NCBI GenBank assembly: GCA_902595555.1
Contig: CACJQM010000005.1
Location: 23,534 to 87,533, forward strand
DNA: 64,000 bases
DNA from: an uncultured Bacteroidota bacterium
GTDB taxonomy: Bacteria; Bacteroidota; Bacteroidia; Flavobacteriales; Flavobacteriaceae
Reading direction: 5' to 3'
Both the position numbers and the translations under genes were made by a program. Shown in pieces: positions 31,371 to 41,515 of this stretch; the first letter of the stretch is position 1; each line of letters starts with the position of its first letter. The notes below the pieces were generated by a model. The model saw nothing but the letters and a program-made list of their open reading frames with translations, ran no database searches and was not told where the DNA came from.

Positions 31371-32057
31371 TTGAAAAAAACAACAATAATAGCTATAGAT
31401 GGTCCCTCATCATCTGGAAAAAGCACGATTGCCAAATTAATTGCTCAACATTTTAATTATACTTATATCGATTCAGGTTCAATATATAGATTAATAACAT
31501 ATATTGCTGTAAAACACAATTTAATAGATGGTTTAAAGGTCAATACTTCAGCTATAATTGAAATTTTAAAAAAAACATCTATTTCTTTTTCATTTAATTC
31601 AAAAAACCAAAATATTATTAGTGTAGATGGTGTTGAACTTAAAAATAAAATAAGAACTTTTAAAATTTCAAGTTTGGTAAGCTTAATTGCTGAAAAAAAT
31701 GAAATTAGACAATATGTGGTAAAAATTCAAAAAGATATAAGCATAAATAAGTCTGTAGTGATGGATGGTAGAGATATTGGCTCTGTTGTTTTTCCCAACG
31801 CTGACGTAAAGTTTTATCTTGATGCTTCATTAGAAAAAAGAGCTGAAAGGAGATGGATGGAATTACAAAAGATCGAACAAGTGTCACTTGATGATGTAAA
31901 AAAAGATCTTCATAAAAGGGATTTAAAGGATTTGAATAGAGAATTCTCTCCCTTGATCAAACCAAAAAATTCAATAACTGTTAACTCGGATAATTTATCA
32001 ATTGAACAAGTTGTAGATAATATGATTAAAATAATTGACAAAGTTTTACACACTTAA
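31371..32057 (+). CDS. cmk: (d)CMP kinase
   Basis: 228 aa with a TTG start. P-loop IAIDGPSSSGKST. Classical cmk-rpsA adjacency. Confidence 0.92.
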   Translation: MKKTTIIAIDGPSSSGKSTIAKLIAQHFNYTYIDSGSIYRLITYIAVKHNLIDGLKVNTSAIIEILKKTSISFSFNSKNQNIISVDGVELKNKIRTFKISSLVSLIAEKNEIRQYVVKIQKDISINKSVVMDGRDIGSVVFPNADVKFYLDASLEKRAERRWMELQKIEQVSLDDVKKDLHKRDLKDLNREFSPLIKPKNSITVNSDNLSIEQVVDNMIKIIDKVLHT

Positions 32058-32210
32058 ATAATCCAATTAAAACTTGTAATAAAGATAAATTGATATTAAA
32101 TTCGCCTACCTTTTAATGGGATATTAGGAGTTAAACAGGTTTAATTTTTATTAACACCTCTTATGCTTTCCCTTAAACCTAACTAAGCATAGGATACAAT
32201 TTTTGAAATA

Positions 32211-34235
32211 ATGCCTAAAAGCAAAAAAGAGGATGAGACTACTAAAAAATCCTCTCTAACCAAATCAAAGAAAACAGCTACAAAGACTGCTGCAAAGAAG
32301 ACAGCTACAAAGACTGCTGCAAAGAAGACAGCTACAAAGACTGCTGCAAAGAAGACAGCTACAAAGACTGCTGCAAAGAAAACAGCTACAAAGAAAACAG
32401 CTACAAAGACTGCTGCAAAGAAGACAGCTACAAAAACATCTGAAAAAAAGACTTCAACAAAAAAAACTGAAAGTAAATCAATTAATAAAGTTGTTGAAAT
32501 ATCTGATGATGGATTTAATTGGACAGAGTTTGAGGAAGGAATTCAAACTATTAGTAAAAAACAGATTGATGAATTTGATAAATTAATTGATGAAAATTTT
32601 GTTGATACATATACTGAAAGTGTTATAGTTGGTACAGTTGTAAATATTACTGAAAGAGAGGCAATTATTGATATTAATGCAAAATCTGAAGGTGTTATAT
32701 CATTAAATGAATTTAGATATAACCCCGATTTAAAAATTGGAGATAGTGTTGAAGTTATTGTTGATATTCAAGAAGATAAAACAGGTCAGTTAGTATTATC
32801 ACACAGAAAAGCAAGAACAATTAAAGCATGGGAGAGAGTTATAGAAGCTCATGAAAAAGAAACTGTTGTTACTGGATTTGTTAAATGCAGAACTAAGGGG
32901 GGAATGATTGTAGATGTTTTTGGCTTAGAAGCATTTTTACCTGGTTCTCAAATAGATGTTAAACCAATCAGAGATTATGACCAGTATGTTAATAAAAACA
33001 TGGAATTCAGGATAGTGAAAATAAATCATGAATTTAAAAATGTAGTAGTTTCTCATAAAGCCTTGATAGAGGCAGATATTGAAGAGCAGAAAAAAGAAAT
33101 TATTTCTCAACTTAAAAAAGGACAAGTTCTAGAAGGAATTGTAAAAAATATTACAACATATGGAGTTTTTGTTGATTTAGGTGGAGTAGATGGATTGATT
33201 CACATAACTGATCTTTCATGGAATAGAATCAATCATCCCACTGAAATTTTAGAGTTAGATCAAAAATTGAATGTCGTCATTCTAGATTTTGATGATGATA
33301 AATCTAGAATTCAACTTGGTGTTAAACAGTTAAGTAAACATCCATGGGAAAATCTAGATAGTAATCTTAAAGAAGGTGATAAAGTAAAAGGTAAAGTATC
33401 TGTTTTAGCTGATTATGGAGCTTTTATTGAAATTGCTGATGGTGTTGAGGGGCTAGTACATGTTTCAGAAATGTCTTGGTCAACTCATTTAAGATCTGCT
33501 CAAGATTTTGTTAAAGTTGGTGATGAGGTAGAAGTTATAATATTAACACTAGACAGAGAAGAAAGAAAAATGTCTCTTGGCATAAAGCAGTTAACTTCTG
33601 ATCCATGGACTGATATTACAAATAAGTATCCAATTGAATCAAAACATAGTGGAAAAATTAGAAATTTTACAAACTTTGGAGTTTTTGTTGAACTTGAGGA
33701 AGGAATTGATGGTTTAATTTATATTTCAGACTTATCATGGACAAAGAAAATTAAACATCCGTCTGAACTTTTTTCAATAGGTGATAAAATTGACGTAATT
33801 GTTCTTGAACTTGATGTTAATGAAAGAAAGTTAAGCCTTGGCCACAAACAAACCAAGAAAAATCCTTGGGATGATTATTTAAAGAAGTACCCAGTTGACT
33901 CTACTCATAAATTTAAGTTGGAGTCGGTTGGAGAAAGAGGAGCTTCAATCTTTTTAAATGATGAAATAAGTGCTTTTGTTCCTAAAAAGCATGCAGTTAA
34001 AGAGGATGGATCATCACTTAAAGAGGGAGAGGAGGCTGAGTTTAAAGTTATTGAGTTCAACAGTGATTTTAAAAGAATTGTAATGTCTCACTCTGCTACC
34101 TATAAAAAAGAGACAGTAGAGAAGAAAAAAACTAAGCCAGCTGCAAAAAAAGATAACATTGATAAGTCAACTTTAGGGGATATTGAGGCTCTTGCTGATT
34201 TGAAGAAAAAAATGGATGAGAAAGAGGATAAATAA
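32211..34235 (+). CDS. rpsA: 30S ribosomal protein S1 with an N-terminal Lys/Thr/Ala-rich repeat extension
   Basis: 674 aa. Six S1/OB repeats are recognisable (e.g. GTVVNITEREAIIDI, GFVKCRTKGGMIVDV, GIVKNITTYGVFVDLGG, GKVSVLADYGAFIEI, GKIRNFTNFGVFVEL). They are preceded by about 95 residues that include (KTATKTAAK)n. Confidence 0.95.
   Translation: MPKSKKEDETTKKSSLTKSKKTATKTAAKKTATKTAAKKTATKTAAKKTATKTAAKKTATKKTATKTAAKKTATKTSEKKTSTKKTESKSINKVVEISDDGFNWTEFEEGIQTISKKQIDEFDKLIDENFVDTYTESVIVGTVVNITEREAIIDINAKSEGVISLNEFRYNPDLKIGDSVEVIVDIQEDKTGQLVLSHRKARTIKAWERVIEAHEKETVVTGFVKCRTKGGMIVDVFGLEAFLPGSQIDVKPIRDYDQYVNKNMEFRIVKINHEFKNVVVSHKALIEADIEEQKKEIISQLKKGQVLEGIVKNITTYGVFVDLGGVDGLIHITDLSWNRINHPTEILELDQKLNVVILDFDDDKSRIQLGVKQLSKHPWENLDSNLKEGDKVKGKVSVLADYGAFIEIADGVEGLVHVSEMSWSTHLRSAQDFVKVGDEVEVIILTLDREERKMSLGIKQLTSDPWTDITNKYPIESKHSGKIRNFTNFGVFVELEEGIDGLIYISDLSWTKKIKHPSELFSIGDKIDVIVLELDVNERKLSLGHKQTKKNPWDDYLKKYPVDSTHKFKLESVGERGASIFLNDEISAFVPKKHAVKEDGSSLKEGEEAEFKVIEFNSDFKRIVMSHSATYKKETVEKKKTKPAAKKDNIDKSTLGDIEALADLKKKMDEKEDK
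32271..32435 (+). repeat. in-frame 27-bp tandem repeat (unit AAGACAGCTACAAAGACTGCTGCAAAG = KTATKTAAK), about 6 copies with one truncated
   Basis: Read directly. Units 2-4 are identical at the nucleotide level, and flanking units differ by 1-2 nt. The array lies within the 5' end of rpsA. Confidence 0.95.
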
Positions 34236-34237
34236 TT

Positions 34238-35305
34238 TTATTCTTTTTCTATCCTTTCTTTGATCCAATCACCAACCTGGCTAGTTGAGAATGATTTATT
34301 ATTTTCAGCTAAATCTTCGGTCACGATCTTTTTTTCTATTGAATCAGAAACTATTTTTCTAATCATTTCAGCTTCTTTAGTTAAATTAAAGCTGCGTTCA
34401 AACATCATTGAAGCAGATAAAATTGTTGCAAGAGGATTAGCAATATTTTTCCCCTTTGCCTCTGGAAAAGACCCATGTATTGGTTCATATACTGATGTTT
34501 GTGATCCTATTGAGGCTGAAGGCATTAAACCCATTGATCCTGAAATTACAGATGCTTCATCAGTTAAAATATCCCCAAATAAATTACTTGTAATTAAAAC
34601 ATCATATTTATTTGGAGAATGAATTAATCTCATTGCGACAGCATCAACAAATTCATAAGTAACCTCAACATCTTTGTAATTTCTTTCCATTGATTGAACC
34701 GTCTTCCTCCACAAACGAGATGTTTCTAATACATTAGCTTTATCAATACAGCATAACTTTTTAGATCTTTTTCTAGCTAACTCAAAACCAATTTTTGCAA
34801 TTCTTTCAACTTCTTCTTTTTTGTATTCACATGTATCAAATGCATAATCATTTTCTGGACTTTTGCCTCTTTTCCCAAAATAAATGCCCCCAGTTAATTC
34901 TCTTACAAAAATTAAGTCAGTTCCCTTAACTATACTTCTTTTAATAGGTGACATTTCAAGAAGAGATTCAAACGTGAATGTAGGTCTAAGATTAGCATAT
35001 AATCCTAGTTTTTTTCTCATTCTTAATAACCCCTCTTCAGGTCTTACAGAAAGAGTTGGATTATTATCAAATTTAGGATCACCAACTGCACCAAACAGCA
35101 CGGCATCTGAATTTAGACAGATTTCGTGGGTTGTATCTGGATATGGATCTCCAGTCTTATCAATTGCTGCAGCACCAACAAGACCTTCTTGCCAAGTTAT
35201 TGAATGATTGAATTTTTTTGTGATAGCATTACAGATTTTAACAGCTTCTTTGATAACCTCAGGTCCTATACCATCGCCAGGCAATAAAGCTATTTTTAAG
35301 TTCAT
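34238..35305 (-). CDS. leuB: 3-isopropylmalate dehydrogenase
   Basis: 355 aa. IALLPGDGIGPEV and NLFGDILTDEASVISGSMGLMPSAS. Confidence 0.96.
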   Translation of the reverse strand: MNLKIALLPGDGIGPEVIKEAVKICNAITKKFNHSITWQEGLVGAAAIDKTGDPYPDTTHEICLNSDAVLFGAVGDPKFDNNPTLSVRPEEGLLRMRKKLGLYANLRPTFTFESLLEMSPIKRSIVKGTDLIFVRELTGGIYFGKRGKSPENDYAFDTCEYKKEEVERIAKIGFELARKRSKKLCCIDKANVLETSRLWRKTVQSMERNYKDVEVTYEFVDAVAMRLIHSPNKYDVLITSNLFGDILTDEASVISGSMGLMPSASIGSQTSVYEPIHGSFPEAKGKNIANPLATILSASMMFERSFNLTKEAEMIRKIVSDSIEKKIVTEDLAENNKSFSTSQVGDWIKERIEKE

Positions 35306-35308
35306 ATT

Positions 35309-36826
35309 CTATATAATATTAAGCATTTTTTCAGTTGCTTTAATAGCTGAAACTGTTTGATCTGAATCTAATCCTCTAGTAACAAATTCTTTTTCTGAAT
35401 TTTTCCAAGTTATAAATGTTTCACAGAGAGCATCAGAGTGACTTCCTGGTGGAATTGTAACTGAATAATCTGTTAATAGGGGTAAAGAATACCCATTTTT
35501 TTTATAAAGCTTTTTAACTGCATTCATAAATGCATCAAACTGTCCATCTCCAGTTCCTTTCTCCGAATATGTCTTACCTTCTATTTCAATTTTAACATCA
35601 GCAGATGGCTTTTCATTTTTTTTATGCTTTAAATAATATGATTTTATTTTAATTTTTTCATGAATGCTTCTTCTGTTGAGTACATCAGAAATAATGTATG
35701 GAAGATCTTCTGCGGTTACCCTTTCTTTTTTATCTCCTAGTTCAATAATTTTTTGGGTGACTTTTTTCAAATTCTCATCAGATAGCTTCAGTCCTAATTC
35801 ATCAATATTTTTTTTAATATTCGCTTTTCCAGATGTTTTACCTAGTGCATATTTCCTTTTTCTACCAAACCTTTCAGGTAATAAGTCATTAAAGTAGAGA
35901 TTCTTTTTTGTATCTCCGTCAGCATGTATCCCAGCAGTTTGAGTAAAAACAAAATCACCTACAATTGGCTTATTTGGAGGTATTCTAAATCCACTGAATG
36001 TAGAAACTAATTTGCTAACTCTAAACAGTGCTTCCTCATTAATATTAATTTTATATTCTGGTAAAAAATCTTTTATTGCAGCAACAATACTAGCCATGGG
36101 TGTATTTCCCGCTCTTTCACCCATTCCATTAATTGTTGTATGTATTCCATGACAGCCTGCTTTTAATCCTTCTAATGTATTAGCTACACTAAGGTCATAA
36201 TCATTATGAGCATGAAAATCAAAATGAATATTTGGATATTTTAATATGATTTCATTTAAATAATTATAAGCATCTTCCGGATTTAAAACACCAAGTGTGT
36301 CAGGTAACAATACTCTTTTAACTGGCATTTTTTCTAAGAAGTTTAAAAAACTAAACACATAGTCTTTCGAGTTTTTCATTCCGTTACTCCAATCCTCTAA
36401 ATAAATGTTAGTTTCTATTTTACTTTTATTAGCTATTTCAATTATTTTTTCAACATCATTAAAATGTTGTTGGGGAGTTTTTTTTAGTTGATATTTCAAG
36501 TGATTCAAAGAACCTTTTGAAAGTAAATTTTGAATCTTTGCACCACTTTTGTTCATCCAATCCAATGAAATTCCATCATCAATAAATGTTAAAATTTCAA
36601 CTTTATTTTCAATATTTTCTGTTTTGGCCCAATCTAAAATTTTTTTTACTGCATTAAATTCACCGCTTGAAACTCTAGCAGATGCCACTTCAATTCTATC
36701 AACCATAAGATCCTTTAGCAAAAGTTTAGAAATTGTAAGCTTTTCATATTCAGAAAATGACATACCTGAGGTTTGTTCTCCATCACGAAGAGTAGTATCC
36801 ATTATTTCAATCTTTTTTTTATTCAC
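35309..36826 (-). CDS. 2-isopropylmalate synthase / (R)-citramalate synthase family enzyme with C-terminal LeuA-dimer regulatory domain (candidate CimA)
   Basis: 505 aa. HMGL-like TIM barrel [14 protein letters not shown]...HFDFHAHNDYDLSVANTL. C-terminal domain ...EKGTGDGQFDAFMNAVKK...SDQTVSAIKATEKMLN. Sits between leuD and leuB. Confidence 0.75.
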   Translation of the reverse strand: MNKKKIEIMDTTLRDGEQTSGMSFSEYEKLTISKLLLKDLMVDRIEVASARVSSGEFNAVKKILDWAKTENIENKVEILTFIDDGISLDWMNKSGAKIQNLLSKGSLNHLKYQLKKTPQQHFNDVEKIIEIANKSKIETNIYLEDWSNGMKNSKDYVFSFLNFLEKMPVKRVLLPDTLGVLNPEDAYNYLNEIILKYPNIHFDFHAHNDYDLSVANTLEGLKAGCHGIHTTINGMGERAGNTPMASIVAAIKDFLPEYKININEEALFRVSKLVSTFSGFRIPPNKPIVGDFVFTQTAGIHADGDTKKNLYFNDLLPERFGRKRKYALGKTSGKANIKKNIDELGLKLSDENLKKVTQKIIELGDKKERVTAEDLPYIISDVLNRRSIHEKIKIKSYYLKHKKNEKPSADVKIEIEGKTYSEKGTGDGQFDAFMNAVKKLYKKNGYSLPLLTDYSVTIPPGSHSDALCETFITWKNSEKEFVTRGLDSDQTVSAIKATEKMLNII

Positions 36827-36827
36827 T

Positions 36828-37424
36828 TTATAATGGAGTTTTAGTTGAAAATGTCTGGATTGAATCTTTTATATTTAGAAGGTAATCAATATCATCGTAT
36901 CCATTTAATAGATTATTCTTTTTGTATCCGTTTATATCAAAATTTTCAATTTGAGAAGTTCCTTCAATCTCAACAGTTTGTTTTTTCAAATCAATAACTA
37001 AATTGGTTTGAGGATTTTTGAATACGATTTCAAATATCTTATCTAAAAAATTTGGGGATACTTGAACTGGCAAAACACCAATATTCAAGCAGTTGTTTTT
37101 AAAAATGTCAGCAAAGAAACTTGAAATAACACATCTAAAGCCATAATCATAAATAGCCCACGCGGCATGTTCTCTAGATGATCCTGAACCAAAGTTTTTT
37201 CCGCCAACTAAAATTTTACCGGAGTAATTGTTGTTGTTTAATACAAAATCCTTTTTTTTAGTATTATCTGCATGGTATCTCCAATCACGAAACAAATTAT
37301 CACCAAATCCAACTCGCTCTGTTGCCTTTAAAAATCTTGCGGGTATTATTTGATCAGTATCAACATTCTCAATTGGTAGTGGAACTACACTGCTTTTTAA
37401 TATTTTAAACTTTTCGTAACCCAT
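36828..37424 (-). CDS. leuD: 3-isopropylmalate dehydratase small subunit
   Basis: 198 aa. ...NVDTDQIIPARFL...GKNFGSGSSREHAAWAI. Confidence 0.95.
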   Translation of the reverse strand: MGYEKFKILKSSVVPLPIENVDTDQIIPARFLKATERVGFGDNLFRDWRYHADNTKKKDFVLNNNNYSGKILVGGKNFGSGSSREHAAWAIYDYGFRCVISSFFADIFKNNCLNIGVLPVQVSPNFLDKIFEIVFKNPQTNLVIDLKKQTVEIEGTSQIENFDINGYKKNNLLNGYDDIDYLLNIKDSIQTFSTKTPL

Positions 37425-37425
37425 A

Positions 37426-38823
37426 TCAAGTTATTAATTCTCTAGGATCAGTGATTTTTCCTGTTATTGCAGCAGCAGCAGCAACTATTGGGCTTGCAAG
37501 TAAAGTCCGTGAGCCTGGTCCTTGTCTTCCCTCAAAGTTTCTATTTGAAGTGCTAACCGCATATTTTCCACTTGGTATTTTGTCATCATTCATAGCTAGA
37601 CATGCAGAACAACCTGGTTCCCTTAATTCGAATCCAGATTCATTTAAAATAGATAATAAGCCTTCATCTTTAATCGCTTTTTCAACCTTGTGAGATCCTG
37701 GGACTAACCATGCTGTTACATTTGGAGACTTTTTCTTTCCTTTAACAACTTCGGTAAATGCTCTAAAATCTTCAATTCTTCCATTTGTGCAACTACCTAG
37801 AAAAACAAAGTCAATATTTTTTCCTAATACTTTTTCGCCTTCCGTGTAATCCATATATTCTAATGACTTTAAAAATGTTTTTTTATTTCCCTTATGCTGA
37901 TCAGAATTAGGAATACCTCCACCAATTGACATTCCCATTCCAGGATTTGTGCCATATGTAATCATTGGTTCAATTTTAGATCCATCAAATGAAATTTCCT
38001 TATCAAAAATAGCCTCATCATCAGTTTTTAAATTTGACCAGTATTTCATTGCATTGTTCCAATCATTATTTTTAGGTGTAAATTCTCTTCCTTTGATGTA
38101 ATTAAATGTTTTTTTATCAGGAGCTATCATACCTCCTCTTGCACCCATTTCTATACTCAAATTACAAACAGTCATTCGACCTTCCATCGTCATTTCTGAA
38201 AAGACTTCTCCGGCGTATTCAACAAAATAGCCTGTGGCACCAGATGTTGATAATTGGGATATAATAAATAAGGCTACATCTTTAGGTGTAACGGCTTTAT
38301 TGAGTTTGCCATTAATCGTTATCCTCATTTTTTTTGGCTTTGGTTGCATAATACATTGAGTTGAAAGAACCATTTCAACTTCAGATGTTCCTATACCAAA
38401 AGCAATAGCTCCAAAAGCTCCATGAGTAGATGTATGTGAATCACCACAGACAATTGTAGCTCCTGGAAGTGTTATACCATGTTCAGGACCAATAACATGA
38501 ACAATACCGTTTTTCTCATGACCAAGACCCCAGTATGAAATACCATGATATTTAGCATTAATTTCTAGAGCTTTTAGTTGTTTTGATGATAAAATATCTT
38601 TAACTGGTAAATGCTGGTTTCGAGTGGGTGTGTTGTGATCAGCTGTAGCAAATGTTTTTTCAGGAAAAAGAACTTTTATATTTCTATTTTTTAATCCAAG
38701 AAAAGCAACTGGGCTAGTAACCTCATGAACCATATGTCTATCAATAAAAAGAACATCAGGCCCATCATCTATTTTTTTTACGACATGAGAGTCCCATACT
38801 TTATCAAATAATGTTTTTCCCAT
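37426..38823 (-). CDS. leuC: 3-isopropylmalate dehydratase large subunit
   Basis: Aconitase-family Fe-S ligand contexts [25 protein letters not shown] and GCSACLAMN. Start at [10 protein letters not shown] (38823), immediately after the leuA stop. Confidence 0.95.
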   Translation of the reverse strand: MGKTLFDKVWDSHVVKKIDDGPDVLFIDRHMVHEVTSPVAFLGLKNRNIKVLFPEKTFATADHNTPTRNQHLPVKDILSSKQLKALEINAKYHGISYWGLGHEKNGIVHVIGPEHGITLPGATIVCGDSHTSTHGAFGAIAFGIGTSEVEMVLSTQCIMQPKPKKMRITINGKLNKAVTPKDVALFIISQLSTSGATGYFVEYAGEVFSEMTMEGRMTVCNLSIEMGARGGMIAPDKKTFNYIKGREFTPKNNDWNNAMKYWSNLKTDDEAIFDKEISFDGSKIEPMITYGTNPGMGMSIGGGIPNSDQHKGNKKTFLKSLEYMDYTEGEKVLGKNIDFVFLGSCTNGRIEDFRAFTEVVKGKKKSPNVTAWLVPGSHKVEKAIKDEGLLSILNESGFELREPGCSACLAMNDDKIPSGKYAVSTSNRNFEGRQGPGSRTLLASPIVAAAAAITGKITDPRELIT

Positions 38824-38824
38824 T

Positions 38825-39979
38825 TTAAATTTTTGCAAGTTGAATTATGTTAGGTAGGTCAGAGTCAGTAACCTCTTTATTTTTATCAGCAAATTCCAAA
38901 AATTGACTGTAAACTTTATCAAGCTGAATTTTAGTTAAATCAAAACCAATATTTTTTGCTCTATATGCTAAAGCAGCTCTTCCACTTCTTGCAGTTAAAA
39001 CAATAGAAGATTCATTAACCCCAACATCATTAGGATCAATTATCTCATATGTCTCTCTTTTTTTTATCACTCCATCTTGATGAATTCCAGAACTGTGAGC
39101 AAAAGCATTTGCACCAACTATTGCTTTGTTGGGTTGAACTACCATACCCATGAGTTCCGAAACCATTTGACTAGTTTCAAGTAATAGTTTTGTATTAATA
39201 TTAGTATCTAAACTTAATTCATCATGTTGTTTAAGAATCATGACTACTTCCTCTAAAGAAGTATTTCCTGCTCTTTCTCCAATACCATTTATTGTACATT
39301 CAATTTGTCTTGCGCCACTTATGACACCTTGGATGGAATTGGCAGTTGCAAGCCCTAAATCATTATGACAATGACAGGAAATAATTGCCTTATCTATGTT
39401 TTTTACATTATTTACCAAAAAACTAATTTTTTCCCCATATTCATAAGGTAGACAATAGCCAGTTGTATCTGGAATATTAATAACAGTTGCACCTGCATCA
39501 ATTACTTTTTCGCAAATTAAAGCCAAGAAATCATTGTCAGTTCTTCCTGCATCTTCAGCATAAAACTCCACATCTTCAATAAATTTTTTAGAATATTTAA
39601 CAGCCTCTACAGCTCTCTCTAAAATTTTTTCAGGAGTTGAATTAAATTTGTGAAGTATGTGAGATCTAGAAGTACCAATTCCCGTGTGTAATCTAGGTTT
39701 TTTGGCATATTTTAAAGCATCTACCGCAACATCAATATCATTTTTTACAGCACGAGTTAAACCACAGACACTTGCATTTTTAACAACTTTTGAAATTTCT
39801 AATACTGATTTAAAATCTCCAGGACTTGATACAGGGAAGCCTGCTTCAATAATATCAACACCTAAACTATCAAGCTTTTCAGCTATTTTTAGCTTTTCTT
39901 TTGTTTCTAATTTACACCCTGGGACTTGCTCACCATCCCTTAATGTTGTATCAAATATTTTGATTTTATCTTTCATCAA
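38825..39979 (-). CDS. leuA: 2-isopropylmalate synthase, short form lacking the C-terminal regulatory domain
   Basis: 384 aa. [31 protein letters not shown] and HSSGIHQDG. The protein ends shortly after the catalytic barrel and subdomain. Confidence 0.85.
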   Translation of the reverse strand: MMKDKIKIFDTTLRDGEQVPGCKLETKEKLKIAEKLDSLGVDIIEAGFPVSSPGDFKSVLEISKVVKNASVCGLTRAVKNDIDVAVDALKYAKKPRLHTGIGTSRSHILHKFNSTPEKILERAVEAVKYSKKFIEDVEFYAEDAGRTDNDFLALICEKVIDAGATVINIPDTTGYCLPYEYGEKISFLVNNVKNIDKAIISCHCHNDLGLATANSIQGVISGARQIECTINGIGERAGNTSLEEVVMILKQHDELSLDTNINTKLLLETSQMVSELMGMVVQPNKAIVGANAFAHSSGIHQDGVIKKRETYEIIDPNDVGVNESSIVLTARSGRAALAYRAKNIGFDLTKIQLDKVYSQFLEFADKNKEVTDSDLPNIIQLAKI

Positions 39980-40037
39980 AAGGAGTACAAGCTCGTAAAT
40001 GTAATAAAATATAAGTAAATATGAGGGGATTTCTTTC

Positions 40038-40697
40038 TTATAATGACCAAATATTGCTATTTGGTGGTTGTGCAGTAATAGTTAATTCTTTTTTTGTTAC
40101 TGGATGAATAAATTCAATTTTATTTGAATGTAGACAAATGCTTCTATCTTTATTAGGTCTCTTTGCACCATATTTAACATCTCCTTTAATAGGACATCCA
40201 ATATGTGATAGTTGACATCTAATTTGATGGTGCCTTCCTGTTTCTAAAATTATTTCTAGTAAAAAATAATTTTCTAATTTTTTAATCATCTTATAATTCA
40301 AGACTGCCCTTTTAGATTTAACATCACTCTCATCAACTACAAATGACTTATTTTTTATTTGATTTTTCTTTAAAAAATTTGTGAGTTTGCCGCTAGCTTT
40401 GTTTGGTTTTTTTTCTGTTATGGCATAATATGTTTTTTTTATTTTCCTGTTTTTTTGAAGATCATTCATTCTAGCTAATGATTTACTTGTCTTCGAAAAA
40501 ATTAATAAACCACTTGTTGGTCTATCCAATCTGTTGACTAAGCCTAAATAGGCATTTCCTTTTTTGTTGTATTTAAATTTTAGGTAATTTTTTAATTGAT
40601 CCACTAAAGAAATATCTTTCGTTTTGTCAGATTGAGAAAGTTCTCCAGCAGCCTTATTAATTATTATCAAATGATTATCCTCATAAATAATATTCAT
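40038..40697 (-). CDS. RluA-family pseudouridine synthase
   Basis: 219 aa. Catalytic Asp motif [17 protein letters not shown] and downstream GRHHQIR. Confidence 0.88.
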   Translation of the reverse strand: MNIIYEDNHLIIINKAAGELSQSDKTKDISLVDQLKNYLKFKYNKKGNAYLGLVNRLDRPTSGLLIFSKTSKSLARMNDLQKNRKIKKTYYAITEKKPNKASGKLTNFLKKNQIKNKSFVVDESDVKSKRAVLNYKMIKKLENYFLLEIILETGRHHQIRCQLSHIGCPIKGDVKYGAKRPNKDRSICLHSNKIEFIHPVTKKELTITAQPPNSNIWSL

Positions 40698-40702
40698 GAG
40701 AA

Positions 40703-41515
40703 CTAATACATTTCATCTTTATTTGGAAAAGATTCTGACTTAACATCATCAATATATCTGGAAACAGCATCCTTGATGGAGTTATTTAAATCAAGGTATC
40801 TTCTTAAAAACCTGGGATTGAACTCATTTGTTAATCCGATTAAATCATGTAAAACTAAAACCTGGCCATCAACATGATTTCCGGCACCTATACCTATCAA
40901 AGGGAATTTTGTTTTTTTTGAAACATTTTTTGCTAGCTGAGCGGGAATTTTTTCTAATACGGTTGCAAAGCAACCAATTCTTTCCAAATCTTGTGCATCA
41001 CTTATTAGTTGATCTGCTTCAGCTTTGTCAGCACCTCGAACATTGTAGGTTCCAAACTTATATATAGATTGTGGCGTAAGACCCAGATGGCCCATGACTG
41101 GTATTCCAGCATTGATAATCCTTGTTATTGATTCGCTTACTTCAATTCCACCTTCCAATTTTACCGCATGAGCACCAGATTCTTTCATAATTCTTATAGC
41201 TGACCTAAGTGCCTCTTGAGGATCAGATTGATATGTTCCAAAAGGTAAATCAACAACAACAAGAGCTCTTTTTACACCTTTGACAACAGATTTAGCATGA
41301 TAAATCATTTCATCCAATGTAATTGGAACAGTAGTTTCATTTCCTGCAAAAACGTTTGATGCAGAATCTCCAACAAGTATGATATCAATGTTTGCCTCAT
41401 CTAAAATTTTAGCAAATGTGAAATCATAAGATGTTAGCATGCTAATTTTTTCTCCATTTTTTTTCATTTCATGGAGTGTTTTAGTGGTAATTCTCTTGTA
41501 AGGACTTGTTTTCAC
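40703..41515 (-). CDS. panB: 3-methyl-2-oxobutanoate hydroxymethyltransferase
   Basis: 270 aa. ILVGDSASNV, VVDLPFGTYQ, AVKLEGG, GHLGLTPQS. Confidence 0.95.
   Translation of the reverse strand: MKTSPYKRITTKTLHEMKKNGEKISMLTSYDFTFAKILDEANIDIILVGDSASNVFAGNETTVPITLDEMIYHAKSVVKGVKRALVVVDLPFGTYQSDPQEALRSAIRIMKESGAHAVKLEGGIEVSESITRIINAGIPVMGHLGLTPQSIYKFGTYNVRGADKAEADQLISDAQDLERIGCFATVLEKIPAQLAKNVSKKTKFPLIGIGAGNHVDGQVLVLHDLIGLTNEFNPRFLRRYLDLNNSIKDAVSRYIDDVKSESFPNKDEMY

Noticed and set aside
32271-32435. Regular 27-bp repeats that could superficially suggest a CRISPR-like or minisatellite array
   Set aside because: The units are contiguous with no spacers, in frame, and encode KTATKTAAK inside rpsA. 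There are no cas genes. I treat it as a coding tandem repeat.
34260-35207. Two plus-strand ORFs (120 aa and 107 aa) inside leuB
   Set aside because: They are antisense to a strongly conserved leuB reading frame, have Ser/Pro/Ile-rich compositions typical of antisense translation, and show no start context or motif.
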